This document shows positions 9,376-18,222 of a stretch of 64,000 nt of DNA, piece after piece. The notes under the pieces are model-generated. The model was given only the letters and a program-made list of their open reading frames with translations, was not told where the DNA came from and did no database searches. Location of the stretch: assembly GCA_037200965.1 (NCBI GenBank), contig JBBCGK010000001.1, forward strand, positions 864,001-928,000, read 5' to 3'. The DNA is from a bacterium. Its GTDB lineage: Bacteria > Patescibacteriota > Minisyncoccia > Phycocordibacterales > Phycocordibacteraceae. Position numbers and translations under genes: made by a program. The number at the start of each line of letters is the position of its first letter. The first letter of the stretch is position 1.

Positions 9376-11889
9376 ATGTCGCGGCCTCTAAAAAATAGAG
9401 AAGTCTTTTCGAAACTACTCAGCGCAGTTTCTTCAGAAGAGATAGCGTCTTTAATCGAAAACGAAGTCTTTTTTAAACCAGAAAATTGCAGATGGATTCC
9501 TTATGGAAGACGTGAGCTGAATGCCCCACAGATCGAGGGACAAATGAAAAGCTCAAGTAATGCGTTGGTAGAAAAAATCACCAATTCAACAGATGCTCTC
9601 CTAATGAGGCGATGCTATGAAGTCGAAGGGGTGGCACCTAATAGCGAAGACAAACGATTACCCAAGACTCTTTCTGAAGCAATTACAAAATATTTTGGAA
9701 GCGAAGAAGAAATAAATAAAAATCGAAGCGCATGGGCAAGACAGCATCTCATGGTTTTGGCTGAGGGTGATAAAAAGAGGCCAACAATTACTGTTATTGA
9801 TCGAGGCGAAGGACAAACTCCCAATAGAATTCAGGATACAATCGTTGGCTTGAGCGAGAGCATAAAGGAGAAAATAAATTTTGTTTTTGGTAAATACCAT
9901 CAAGGAGGGTCAGCCGCTATACGTTTTGCAGGTAGCAAAGCTAAGTGCTACCAGCTTGTCCTGTCCCGGCGCGCGGAGAGTATTGCCGATAAAGGTAAAG
10001 AAAATCCGTGGGGATTTACGTTGGTAAGGAAAAGTTTTAAAAACAGAGTTCCTTATTACGAATACTGCACAGACAAGGATGAAAACACCTTTTCTTTCCC
10101 GTACGATAAACCAATAAAAATTGATGGTCTGGAACTGGACTTTATCGATGGGTCACTTATCCGTATGTACGATTACTACTTGGATAATCCATCAAATATC
10201 ACTTTCGGGTTTCATTCACTGGCCTTCGATTTTGATCAAAAGTTACAGAAACCGCCACTCCCTATCTTTCTGCAAGATAAGAGAGGATGGAAAGGAGACA
10301 CTAAATATACAATTGCAGGCTTACTAAGGCGAATTGAGGATAATAAAAATATTATCAGCGATGATATTACCCTTCCTGCAGGTTTAGGAGAGATCGGAAC
10401 TCGCAATATCCGCTGCATTCGCTTGAAGCATATAAGCGATGCGGAAGGAGTAAAATCCTATAAAGAATTAAATCAGAAAATATTCTACCTGGAAAACGGT
10501 TTGGCTTTGGGATATGAGACCGAATCTTTTGTGCGAACAGATTGTCAGCTTCCCGCTCTGGCCCCCTATCTCCTCTGTTATATCGATATGTCTGATATTC
10601 CAGTTGAGTTGGTAAATATCTTTCACTCTGGAAGAGAAGAATTGGCTCGAACCGAGGATTATCACATCTTAAAAGATCGCCTAAAAAAGTTCTTTGAGAA
10701 TGAAGTCTTTGAGAAGTGGGATAGAGAATACCAAGAAAAAAGCTTGATCAATTCCAATGAGGATAATAAGGAACTCGATAAGCTCATTGAGAAGGCCATC
10801 GTCGATGATCCGGAACTCAAGGAGTTACTGGGTATTGGTGAAGAAATCAAGATCCCGAAGGGGAAAGAGGAGAATAAGGAGAAGTACATTGGCGAGGAAC
10901 ATCCAAAAATGTTTGAGCTTGTAGGGAGTCAACCAAAAGAGGTTGATAAATCTTCTTACGCCCTTATATCTTTTAAGACCGAGGCAGAAGATAAACTCTT
11001 TACTAGAAAAAAGAGCCGCTATTATATTGATTGGTCCAAAGATTCAACCATCCTTGATGTGGTGGTTCGTAGTATGAATAAAGGTATTGTGTCTTTGCGC
11101 GTGGATTGCAGGGAACATGCCAGCGTTGGCGATCAGGATAAGATTACTTTCACTCTGCTGGATTCTGAAAAAGTAAAAAAGTTTGAACAAATCGTTACAT
11201 TTAACGTAATTGAAACACCGCCTTATGAAGGTTCATATTTCCCAACGTACTTTAAGCCATTGAAGAAAACGCTGAAGATTCCATCGAAAACAAACAAAAA
11301 GTTTAGTTTTGCTACAGACGTTGCAAATGATTATTTCTCCAGAGAGGATGATCCTGGATTGTTTGAATTTGAAGATCGTGATGATCTGCGTTTAAAAAAG
11401 TCCCGTTTAAATGATGGCGTTCTCGAAATTACCTTTTATGCCGCTACTGAAAAGTTGGGGAAACTACCGGATGCTAAAGTAGTAATTAGCGATACTTCAA
11501 ATCATACGTTTGATATCTCTATACCCATCGAGATCGTCTCTCCCGAGGAGAGTTCCAGGCTTAACGAACCAAAGAGAAATCCTGTATATGAAAGAGACTG
11601 GCCCACTCACGGCTGGGATGAACATAGTATTGCCAGTGTTGATTCGTCCAGGACACAAGGCTTAATAGTAAATTTGAACGTAGATTCTAAGCCCTTGAAG
11701 GATTTAAAGAAAATGGTTGGCCTTGATAAAGTCGGAAGCGCAGAGAATAAATATATTGCCGATATTTACATTTATTCCCTCTATCTTTATTTTGAACTAA
11801 AAAATGATCCTGACAAGGATCGGGTTCTAGGTTCTGCAATGAAGGCTATTGGGAAGGCCCTTCCCGGAATGATAAGAAAAATCATTTAA
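9376..11889 (+). CDS. Large (837 aa) protein with N-terminal GHKL/Bergerat-fold ATPase domain (MORC/Hsp90/MutL-like) and ~600-aa uncharacterised C-terminal region
   Basis: N-box ALVEKITNSTDAL (ExxxNxxDA), G1 box VIDRGEGQT (DxGxG), G2 box GKYHQGGSAA (GxxGxG) in the first ~200 aa. Confidence 0.55.
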   Translation: MSRPLKNREVFSKLLSAVSSEEIASLIENEVFFKPENCRWIPYGRRELNAPQIEGQMKSSSNALVEKITNSTDALLMRRCYEVEGVAPNSEDKRLPKTLSEAITKYFGSEEEINKNRSAWARQHLMVLAEGDKKRPTITVIDRGEGQTPNRIQDTIVGLSESIKEKINFVFGKYHQGGSAAIRFAGSKAKCYQLVLSRRAESIADKGKENPWGFTLVRKSFKNRVPYYEYCTDKDENTFSFPYDKPIKIDGLELDFIDGSLIRMYDYYLDNPSNITFGFHSLAFDFDQKLQKPPLPIFLQDKRGWKGDTKYTIAGLLRRIEDNKNIISDDITLPAGLGEIGTRNIRCIRLKHISDAEGVKSYKELNQKIFYLENGLALGYETESFVRTDCQLPALAPYLLCYIDMSDIPVELVNIFHSGREELARTEDYHILKDRLKKFFENEVFEKWDREYQEKSLINSNEDNKELDKLIEKAIVDDPELKELLGIGEEIKIPKGKEENKEKYIGEEHPKMFELVGSQPKEVDKSSYALISFKTEAEDKLFTRKKSRYYIDWSKDSTILDVVVRSMNKGIVSLRVDCREHASVGDQDKITFTLLDSEKVKKFEQIVTFNVIETPPYEGSYFPTYFKPLKKTLKIPSKTNKKFSFATDVANDYFSREDDPGLFEFEDRDDLRLKKSRLNDGVLEITFYAATEKLGKLPDAKVVISDTSNHTFDISIPIEIVSPEESSRLNEPKRNPVYERDWPTHGWDEHSIASVDSSRTQGLIVNLNVDSKPLKDLKKMVGLDKVGSAENKYIADIYIYSLYLYFELKNDPDKDRVLGSAMKAIGKALPGMIRKII

Positions 11890-13202
11890 TTCTTCTCCAT
11901 TACGACTATATATTCAAATTCATACGCACGAGTTTTTGAAGGATTGTCCATTCCAGTAAACTTTCCGCTTTCAGTATCACGCCACGGAGTTATCATTTTA
12001 TTTGGTATTTCCCGCTTAATAAAGTCTACGTTCGTAAAACCAGCGGCCTGCATCTGTTCTGCCGCCACCTGTGCGTTCTGAATTTCTACACCCCGAAGAC
12101 TTGTGTTTCCAATAATTACGCAAGCCTTCCCGCCCTTCTTAAGAATTCGATGAGCCTCGGCGAAGACTTTTTTCATATCTAGGAAGTAATTAGCAACGTC
12201 GATAGCAAGCGGGCGTTCAACTAGCATGAGATCGTCGACAATTTTCGCCCCTATGATGCTATTAAAATTGCCGGCCTTTTTGGTCTTTGAACTCGTACCA
12301 ATAAAAGTTCTGCGAAAATCTATGAAACTATTACTGAAGTGATGCCATTTCTTGAAGTGTTTAGCATCGTCCCCGAACCACAGCAACGTAAGCTGATGAA
12401 GATCAGCATACTCATAGGAAGTCACATAAGGCGGAGAAGTCACTATCAAGTCGATAGATTCGGATTTAATTGGGAATGTTTTGGTCGAATCTCGACGATA
12501 CATTTTTGTCGGGATGCTGATGCGTTTTGCTTCAGCTAGGTTGTTGTAAAATAAATCATTCTTTCTAATCATTGAATCCAGATGTCGAAGAAAGGACTGT
12601 TTAGGGACCGGTATGATCTTGTCTTTGTCAACTGTCGGCTTGATACTTTTCATTAACCATCGAGAGCAGTTTTTCAGGTTATGTGAGAAAGCGCACAAGA
12701 AAAATCTACGAACGTGCGGACTCTTAATTTTCTTTATTGCAAAGTAAATTCTATCGAGCTCAATAACGGTTTCCGCATCGAACCAATAAGTAATTCGAGC
12801 ATGATGTGGGCGAGAGACGCTCGGAGCTGCATCATAGTATTCCAAGAATCTCTCTTTATGATTTGCAAGTGTACGCGGCTTAATCGCGGTGGTCTTTGTT
12901 TGAGTGATTAACTTCGCAACTGGATTTATATCAAAGCCGATACTCGGATGTCCTAGTAACTTTGCTTCCACCAAAGTCGTGCCACACCCACCGAATGGAT
13001 CACAAACGACTTGTGTAGTATGCGGCGCGTAATCTTCAATCAATTTACGAACAATTTGCGGAATAAACTTTGCCGGGTAACGATGATAGTCGTGGGAAAA
13101 GGCAGTAGTTTGTGAGCGACCAATATCTCGAAAAGACCACTCTTCACGCGGTTGCAGGCTTAAAAAAGTATTTCGGATGTTTTCGATATCAACAGTGGCC
13201 AT
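11886..13202 (-). CDS. SAM-dependent DNA amino-methyltransferase (N6-adenine/N4-cytosine type)
   Basis: Motif I VCDPFGGCGTT and motif IV VTSPPYVTSY about 190 aa downstream. Start taken at MATVDIEN (13202), where GC drops. Its stop overlaps the stop of the convergent GHKL gene (shared TTAA). Confidence 0.7.
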   Translation of the reverse strand: MATVDIENIRNTFLSLQPREEWSFRDIGRSQTTAFSHDYHRYPAKFIPQIVRKLIEDYAPHTTQVVCDPFGGCGTTLVEAKLLGHPSIGFDINPVAKLITQTKTTAIKPRTLANHKERFLEYYDAAPSVSRPHHARITYWFDAETVIELDRIYFAIKKIKSPHVRRFFLCAFSHNLKNCSRWLMKSIKPTVDKDKIIPVPKQSFLRHLDSMIRKNDLFYNNLAEAKRISIPTKMYRRDSTKTFPIKSESIDLIVTSPPYVTSYEYADLHQLTLLWFGDDAKHFKKWHHFSNSFIDFRRTFIGTSSKTKKAGNFNSIIGAKIVDDLMLVERPLAIDVANYFLDMKKVFAEAHRILKKGGKACVIIGNTSLRGVEIQNAQVAAEQMQAAGFTNVDFIKREIPNKMITPWRDTESGKFTGMDNPSKTRAYEFEYIVVMEKN

Positions 13203-13352
13203 ACTAAGAGGTAGTATAAGGGCAGGCCGGAGACGATTCAAGCACATGTCGTGTGTTCTTTGGCCCGGAGGAGCCACAGCAGATTCCGAAGTACATACAA
13301 GCGGTATCTTCGGTTTATTCGATAATTATCACCACGCGCGTATAATGGCTGC

Positions 13353-14354
13353 ATGGCTAAACGGAAAAAGGACTCAGAGATACATATGCCCGTCGATGTC
13401 GTCGTGTACCAGGCCAAAAGCGGAGCTATCGAGCTGCGCGGCGATTTCAGCAGGGAAACGGTCTGGGCGACGCAGGCACAGATTGCAGAGGTTTTCGGCG
13501 TTGAGCGATCCGTCGTGACCAAGCACATCCGGAATATTCTCAAGGACAAGGAACTTGAGGAACGTTCAGTACGTGCAAAACTTGCACATACTGCCGGGGA
13601 CGGCAAGACGTACCAAGTCGAGCATTATAACCTCGATGCCATCATTTCCGTTGGATATCGCGTGAACTCAAAGACAGCCACGGCGTTCCGCCAGTGGGCG
13701 ACGAAGACCCTGCGCTCGCATATCGTCGAGGGCTATACGATCAACCGCGCCCGCGTCGCGAAGAACTACGACGCGTTCATACGCGCGGTCGGTGAGATCA
13801 AGGCGCTTTTGCCCTCCCGTGCCGCGATCGGGGACGCAGGCGTCCTTGAGCTTGTCGCATTTTTCGCAGACACCTGGCTGTCGCTCGATGCGTACGATCG
13901 CGAGCGCTTCGTCCCGGTCCGCACGACCCGCAAGAAGGTCGCGCTTACCGCCGACATCCTCATGCGGAGCGTCTCGGTCCTTAAGTCGGAACTCATCGCG
14001 CGCGGCGAAGCGTCGGAACTCTTCGCCGCCGAGCGGGAGGTGAAGGCCCTTGAAGGGATCGTCGGCAACGTCTTGCAGTCGTTTGGCGGAAAAGAGCTCT
14101 ATCCGAGCGTCGAGGAGAAGGCGGCGCACCTTCTTTATTTCATCGTGAAAAACCATCCGTTCGCAGGCGGCAATAAACGCACGGGCGCATACGCGTTCGT
14201 CTGGTTCCTTGACCGTGCGAAGGTACTGGACCGGGAACGCATTACCCCGAGCGCACTCACCGCGCTCACGCTGCTCGTCGCGGAGAGCGATCCGAAGGAG
14301 AAAGAACGCATTACCGGCCTCGTGACGATGCTTCTCGGGCTCTCAAAGAAATGA
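13353..14354 (+). CDS. RhuM-family N-terminal domain fused to Fic/Doc domain protein
   Basis: YNLDAIISVGYRVNSKTATAFRQWATKTL (Virulence_RhuM-like) and HPFAGGNKRTGA (Doc-type Fic motif HxFx(D/N)GNKR). Confidence 0.6.
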   Translation: MAKRKKDSEIHMPVDVVVYQAKSGAIELRGDFSRETVWATQAQIAEVFGVERSVVTKHIRNILKDKELEERSVRAKLAHTAGDGKTYQVEHYNLDAIISVGYRVNSKTATAFRQWATKTLRSHIVEGYTINRARVAKNYDAFIRAVGEIKALLPSRAAIGDAGVLELVAFFADTWLSLDAYDRERFVPVRTTRKKVALTADILMRSVSVLKSELIARGEASELFAAEREVKALEGIVGNVLQSFGGKELYPSVEEKAAHLLYFIVKNHPFAGGNKRTGAYAFVWFLDRAKVLDRERITPSALTALTLLVAESDPKEKERITGLVTMLLGLSKK

Positions 14355-14361
14355 CGGGTAT

Positions 14362-16041
14362 ATGACGCAAGGCGAAGCGCTCAATATCCTCAAGACAGGC
14401 GCGAACGTCTTTCTCACGGGCGAGCCTGGGAGCGGCAAGACCCACACCGTAAACGAATATGTCGCATGGCTCCGTTCCCATGACATCGAGCCCGCGATCA
14501 CGGCTTCGACCGGGATAGCCGCCACCCATATCCAGGGAATGACGATCCACTCATGGAGCGGCATCGGGATAGCGGAATCGCTGTCGGAAGCCGATCTCGA
14601 CCGGATCGCAAGCAAGGAGCACGTCGCGCGGAGAATCGCGAAGACGCATGTTCTCATTATCGACGAGGTGTCGATGCTATCGGGCGAAGTGCTCCGGATG
14701 GCGGACCGGGTATGCCGGGAAGTGCGCAGAAGGCCGGAGCCGTTCGGCGGGCTGCAGGTGGTTCTCGTGGGCGATTTCTTCCAGCTGCCGCCCGTGACCC
14801 GGGGGGGAAAGGAAGTAAGCTTCGCCTTCGATTCGCCTTCGTGGCGGGAGCTCAACCCGATCATCTGCTATCTCACCGAACAGCACCGGCAGGACGACGC
14901 GAAGTTCACCGCCGTGCTCTCGGCGATACGCGCGGGAGACTGGGACCAGTCGCATGTTTCGGCGATCACATCCCGCGAGACCGACGGCGACGAGCTCGGG
15001 GACGAGACGCCCCGGCTCTTCACGCACAATGCGGACGTGGACCGTATCAACGGCGACAAGCTCGCGGGCATTAAAGGAAACGCGAAGACGTACGAAATGG
15101 AGTCGAGCGGATCCCCGGTCCTCATCGAGGCGCTTAAGCGCGGCTGCCTTTCGCCCGAAACTCTTACGCTTAAAGAAGGCGCGATCGTGATGTGCACTAA
15201 GAATAACCAGGCCGCGGGATACGTGAACGGGACCCTGGGAACCGTGATCGGCTTCTCGACAGGCTGGGGCGCCTCCGCGAGCCCCATAATCGAGACGAAA
15301 GACGGCCGCGAACTCACCATAGAGCCCGCGGACTGGGCGGTCGAAGAAAACGGCAAGGTACGGGCGAAAGTAACTCAGGTGCCGCTCCGCCTTGCCTGGG
15401 CGATCACGGTCCACAAAAGCCAGGGGATGAGTATGGACAGTGCGGCTATGGACCTCTCGAGGGCATTTGAATACGGGCAAGGATATGTGGCGCTCTCGCG
15501 TGTACGGTCGCTCGACGGACTCCACCTCCTTGGCTGGAGCGAGGAAGCGCTCAGGGTACATCCGGCCGTGGCCGCGAGGGATGCGGAATTCCGCGAGGCT
15601 TCGCTTGAAGCGGGCGCGGCATTTTCAGCGCTCGAAGAAGACGGGAGCCGTGAGACTATGGAGCGCAATTTCATCAAGGCCTCGGGCGGCACGCTTGAGG
15701 CGCGGGAAGCGGGGAAGCCCAAACCACCAAAGAGAAGCACGTACGAAGAAACCCTCGCGCTTATCGAAGCGGGGAAGACGATCGAGGGAGTGGCAGCCGC
15801 CCGCGCGCTCACGTTCGGCACCATCACGGACCACGTGGAGAAGCTCGTGAAGGGCGGGAAGCTCGATACGGAAGACGTGCGGCGCATTATCCCGGTCAGA
15901 CTCCACGATGCGCTCCCGGATATTTTCGAGGTATTCCGGGCCGTGGGCGCAGAGAAGCTCGCGCCCGCATTCGCGCGGCTTGGGAGCGAGCACGGCTACG
16001 ACGACCTGCGTCTCGCGCGGCTTCTCTATGAACGAAAGTAG
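14362..16041 (+). CDS. Pif1/RecD-like ATP-dependent DNA helicase (AAA_30) with C-terminal HTH-like region
   Basis: Walker A GEPGSGKT, Walker B LIIDEVSM, QLPPV, ITVHKSQGMS (Pif1 signature-like), YVALSRV. Confidence 0.7.
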   Translation: MTQGEALNILKTGANVFLTGEPGSGKTHTVNEYVAWLRSHDIEPAITASTGIAATHIQGMTIHSWSGIGIAESLSEADLDRIASKEHVARRIAKTHVLIIDEVSMLSGEVLRMADRVCREVRRRPEPFGGLQVVLVGDFFQLPPVTRGGKEVSFAFDSPSWRELNPIICYLTEQHRQDDAKFTAVLSAIRAGDWDQSHVSAITSRETDGDELGDETPRLFTHNADVDRINGDKLAGIKGNAKTYEMESSGSPVLIEALKRGCLSPETLTLKEGAIVMCTKNNQAAGYVNGTLGTVIGFSTGWGASASPIIETKDGRELTIEPADWAVEENGKVRAKVTQVPLRLAWAITVHKSQGMSMDSAAMDLSRAFEYGQGYVALSRVRSLDGLHLLGWSEEALRVHPAVAARDAEFREASLEAGAAFSALEEDGSRETMERNFIKASGGTLEAREAGKPKPPKRSTYEETLALIEAGKTIEGVAAARALTFGTITDHVEKLVKGGKLDTEDVRRIIPVRLHDALPDIFEVFRAVGAEKLAPAFARLGSEHGYDDLRLARLLYERK

Positions 16042-16071
16042 CAAATCGGATTTGTTACGATATACGCATAC

Positions 16072-17142
16072 ATGTATCGCACGCTAACAAACATCGGCGT
16101 CATAGTAGTCGCCTTCGTTCTCCCGCGCATCGTCTCCGCGCACGAGATGTACGTGCTTTCCGCCGAGGAAGTACGGACGGCGCTCGCGTCTCCTTCCTTT
16201 GACATGCTCGCGGTGCTGCAAGCCGACCTCATGCATTTTATCTATTGGGCCTGCATAGGGATGGCCACGGTTATCGCCGTCTTTTTCGTTTCCGTCTCAA
16301 GGAGCCTCGAGCGCCGGTGCGATCCGTTCTTCCTGCGGGTGCGGCGCTATGCAGCGCCCGTCGCCCGCATCACCATAGGCCTGTCTTTCCTCGCCGCCGC
16401 CTATTACCAGGCGACCTACGGCCCCGAGCTTCCGCTTTCGGCCGCGTACGGCGCATACGCGTCCTTTGCGACCGCTCTTCTCGTCCTTATCGGCGTCCTC
16501 ACCATTCTTGGTTTCTATGTGCGGTTTGCCGCCCTTGTTGCGCTCCTTTTCTTCGCATACGCGGCATACCGCAACGGCATCTATATGCTCACGTACGCGA
16601 ACTACCTCGGCGAGATACTCGTGCTTCTCATCCTCGGAAGCCATCACGGGGCAAGCCCGAAGGTCTGGCTCAAGGGCGAGTTCGGGAAGCTCGAGCATAT
16701 GTATGTGCGGTTCGCAAAAAAACTCGCGCCATATTCTTTTGCGGTGCTCCGCATCTGCTTCGGCATCTCGCTCCTCTATTCCTCGCTCTATGCGAAGATC
16801 CTCCACAACAACCTCGCGCTTACGGTCGCGAACCTGCCGCTCCCCGGCCGGGTCATAAGCGTCGCGGGAGCGCTTGGCTTCGAGCCTCATTTCCTCGTCC
16901 TTGGCGCGGCCATCATCGAGATAGTGCTCGCGCTCTTCTTCATCTTCGGCATCGAGCTCCTTTTCACCTCGTTTTTCCTTCTGTTCTGGCTTATGCTTTC
17001 GCTCCTTTATTTCGGCGAGGCGGTCTGGCCGCACATCATCCTCATCGGGCTTCCGATAGCATTCATCCTCTCCGGATACGACAAGTACAGTCTTGAGGGG
17101 AAGTTCTTCAAGAAGAAGGGCGGCTGGGAACCGGTGTTGTAG
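16072..17142 (+). CDS. Integral membrane protein (possibly DoxX-like), hypothetical
   Basis: Signal-like N-terminus and ~8 hydrophobic helices; stop codon sits 1 bp before the IS30 left inverted repeat. Confidence 0.4.
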   Translation: MYRTLTNIGVIVVAFVLPRIVSAHEMYVLSAEEVRTALASPSFDMLAVLQADLMHFIYWACIGMATVIAVFFVSVSRSLERRCDPFFLRVRRYAAPVARITIGLSFLAAAYYQATYGPELPLSAAYGAYASFATALLVLIGVLTILGFYVRFAALVALLFFAYAAYRNGIYMLTYANYLGEILVLLILGSHHGASPKVWLKGEFGKLEHMYVRFAKKLAPYSFAVLRICFGISLLYSSLYAKILHNNLALTVANLPLPGRVISVAGALGFEPHFLVLGAAIIEIVLALFFIFGIELLFTSFFLLFWLMLSLLYFGEAVWPHIILIGLPIAFILSGYDKYSLEGKFFKKKGGWEPVL

Positions 17143-17143
17143 G

Positions 17144-18156
17144 GGGGTTGAATTCTAGCTTGAAACGCAACAACCCGTATTGAAAAGCGCATACCCGCAG
17201 GTACGCTAGGAGTGTTGAATCACCTAAGCACCAACGGGTATGCATACACACAATACGCGCGACATGCGCGTTTCGCTAGGCGCGCTCCTGCGCGCTGGTG
17301 TGAAGAAAGCTGGGATCGCGCGGCAACTGGGCGTCCACCGCTCGACCATCTCAAGGGAGTTGAAACGGAACGCGAAGAAGAACGGGCGGTATCACGCCAC
17401 GCACGCGGACGTGCGTGCGAAGGCACGCCGCATGAAGAGCAAGGAGGCGGGACGCCTCCTTGCAAACAATCAGCAGTTGGCTGACCTTGTCGAGGCACTC
17501 CTTGACCCACTCGTCTCTCCAGAGGTGATCGCACACCTTCTCGACATATCGCACGAGACGATATACGCGTGGCTATATCGCACCCGTCCTGATCTGTTGG
17601 CTCGTCTGCCGCAGCGAGGAAGGAAGCGCCGCCGATATGGCTCAAAGCGTACGCAGAAACAAGGATGGACCAAGAACGTGCGTTCCATTGAGGAGCGCAC
17701 AGAACCTGGCTGGGAGGGCGATACCGTCAAAGGCGCAGGTCGTGAACGCATCCTCACCCACGTGCACCAGAGCTTGTATCTCGTTGCCGACCTAATCCCG
17801 AACGGCACGGCAGATGTCGTGCATGCGGTACTGAAGTCGCATCAGAAAGTCACCGGGACCATCACGTACGACCGCGGGAGCGAGTTCGCACTCTGGCAGT
17901 TCATTGAACGTGATACCGATGCCACCGTGTACTTCGCACACGCACACCATCCGTGGGAGCGCGGGAAGAACGAGAATACCAATGGCCGCCTGCGGCGACC
18001 ATTCCCCAAACGGCTGAACCTGGGTACCATATCCAAAGACGACCTTGCGGACGTGGTGGACCTCATGAACCACACGCCGCGGAAGTCTCTCTCCTGGCAG
18101 ACCTCGTGCGTGCGCTTTGGGAAGGCGTGTTGCGTTTCAGATTAGAATTCAAGGGG
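17144..18156 (+). mobile_element. IS30-family insertion sequence (~1.0 kb) with imperfect ~27-bp terminal inverted repeats
   Basis: Left end GGGGTTGAATTCTAGCTTGAAACGCAA (17144-17170) versus reverse complement of right end CCCCTTGAATTCTAATCTGAAACGCAA (18130-18156); encloses the transposase gene. Confidence 0.75.
17240..18145 (+). CDS. IS30-family DDE transposase
   Basis: N-terminal HTH ([14 protein letters not shown]), then [29 protein letters not shown] (IS30 catalytic region). Confidence 0.8.
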   Translation: MHTHNTRDMRVSLGALLRAGVKKAGIARQLGVHRSTISRELKRNAKKNGRYHATHADVRAKARRMKSKEAGRLLANNQQLADLVEALLDPLVSPEVIAHLLDISHETIYAWLYRTRPDLLARLPQRGRKRRRYGSKRTQKQGWTKNVRSIEERTEPGWEGDTVKGAGRERILTHVHQSLYLVADLIPNGTADVVHAVLKSHQKVTGTITYDRGSEFALWQFIERDTDATVYFAHAHHPWERGKNENTNGRLRRPFPKRLNLGTISKDDLADVVDLMNHTPRKSLSWQTSCVRFGKACCVSD

Positions 18157-18222
18157 TCCTGTTGCGAGGATAGGCTATCTGTCGTATATTCAAGAGAACG
18201 GCCCGCGGGCCATTTTATTTTC

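Larger units (their letters stand above)
8970..13300. other. Low-GC (~36-40%) genomic island in a ~60% GC background; candidate horizontally acquired restriction-modification-like module
   Basis: Abrupt compositional shift at both borders; contains three genes (small ORF, GHKL-ATPase protein, DNA MTase) with AT-rich codon usage. Confidence 0.7.

Noticed and set aside
14677-15561. 294-aa minus-strand ORF
   Set aside because: Antisense to the Pif1-like helicase gene, which has clear Walker and helicase motifs.
17135-18165. Target-site duplication for IS30
   Set aside because: Only a loose 'tgttg' recurs near both ends and is not immediately flanking; cannot be asserted.
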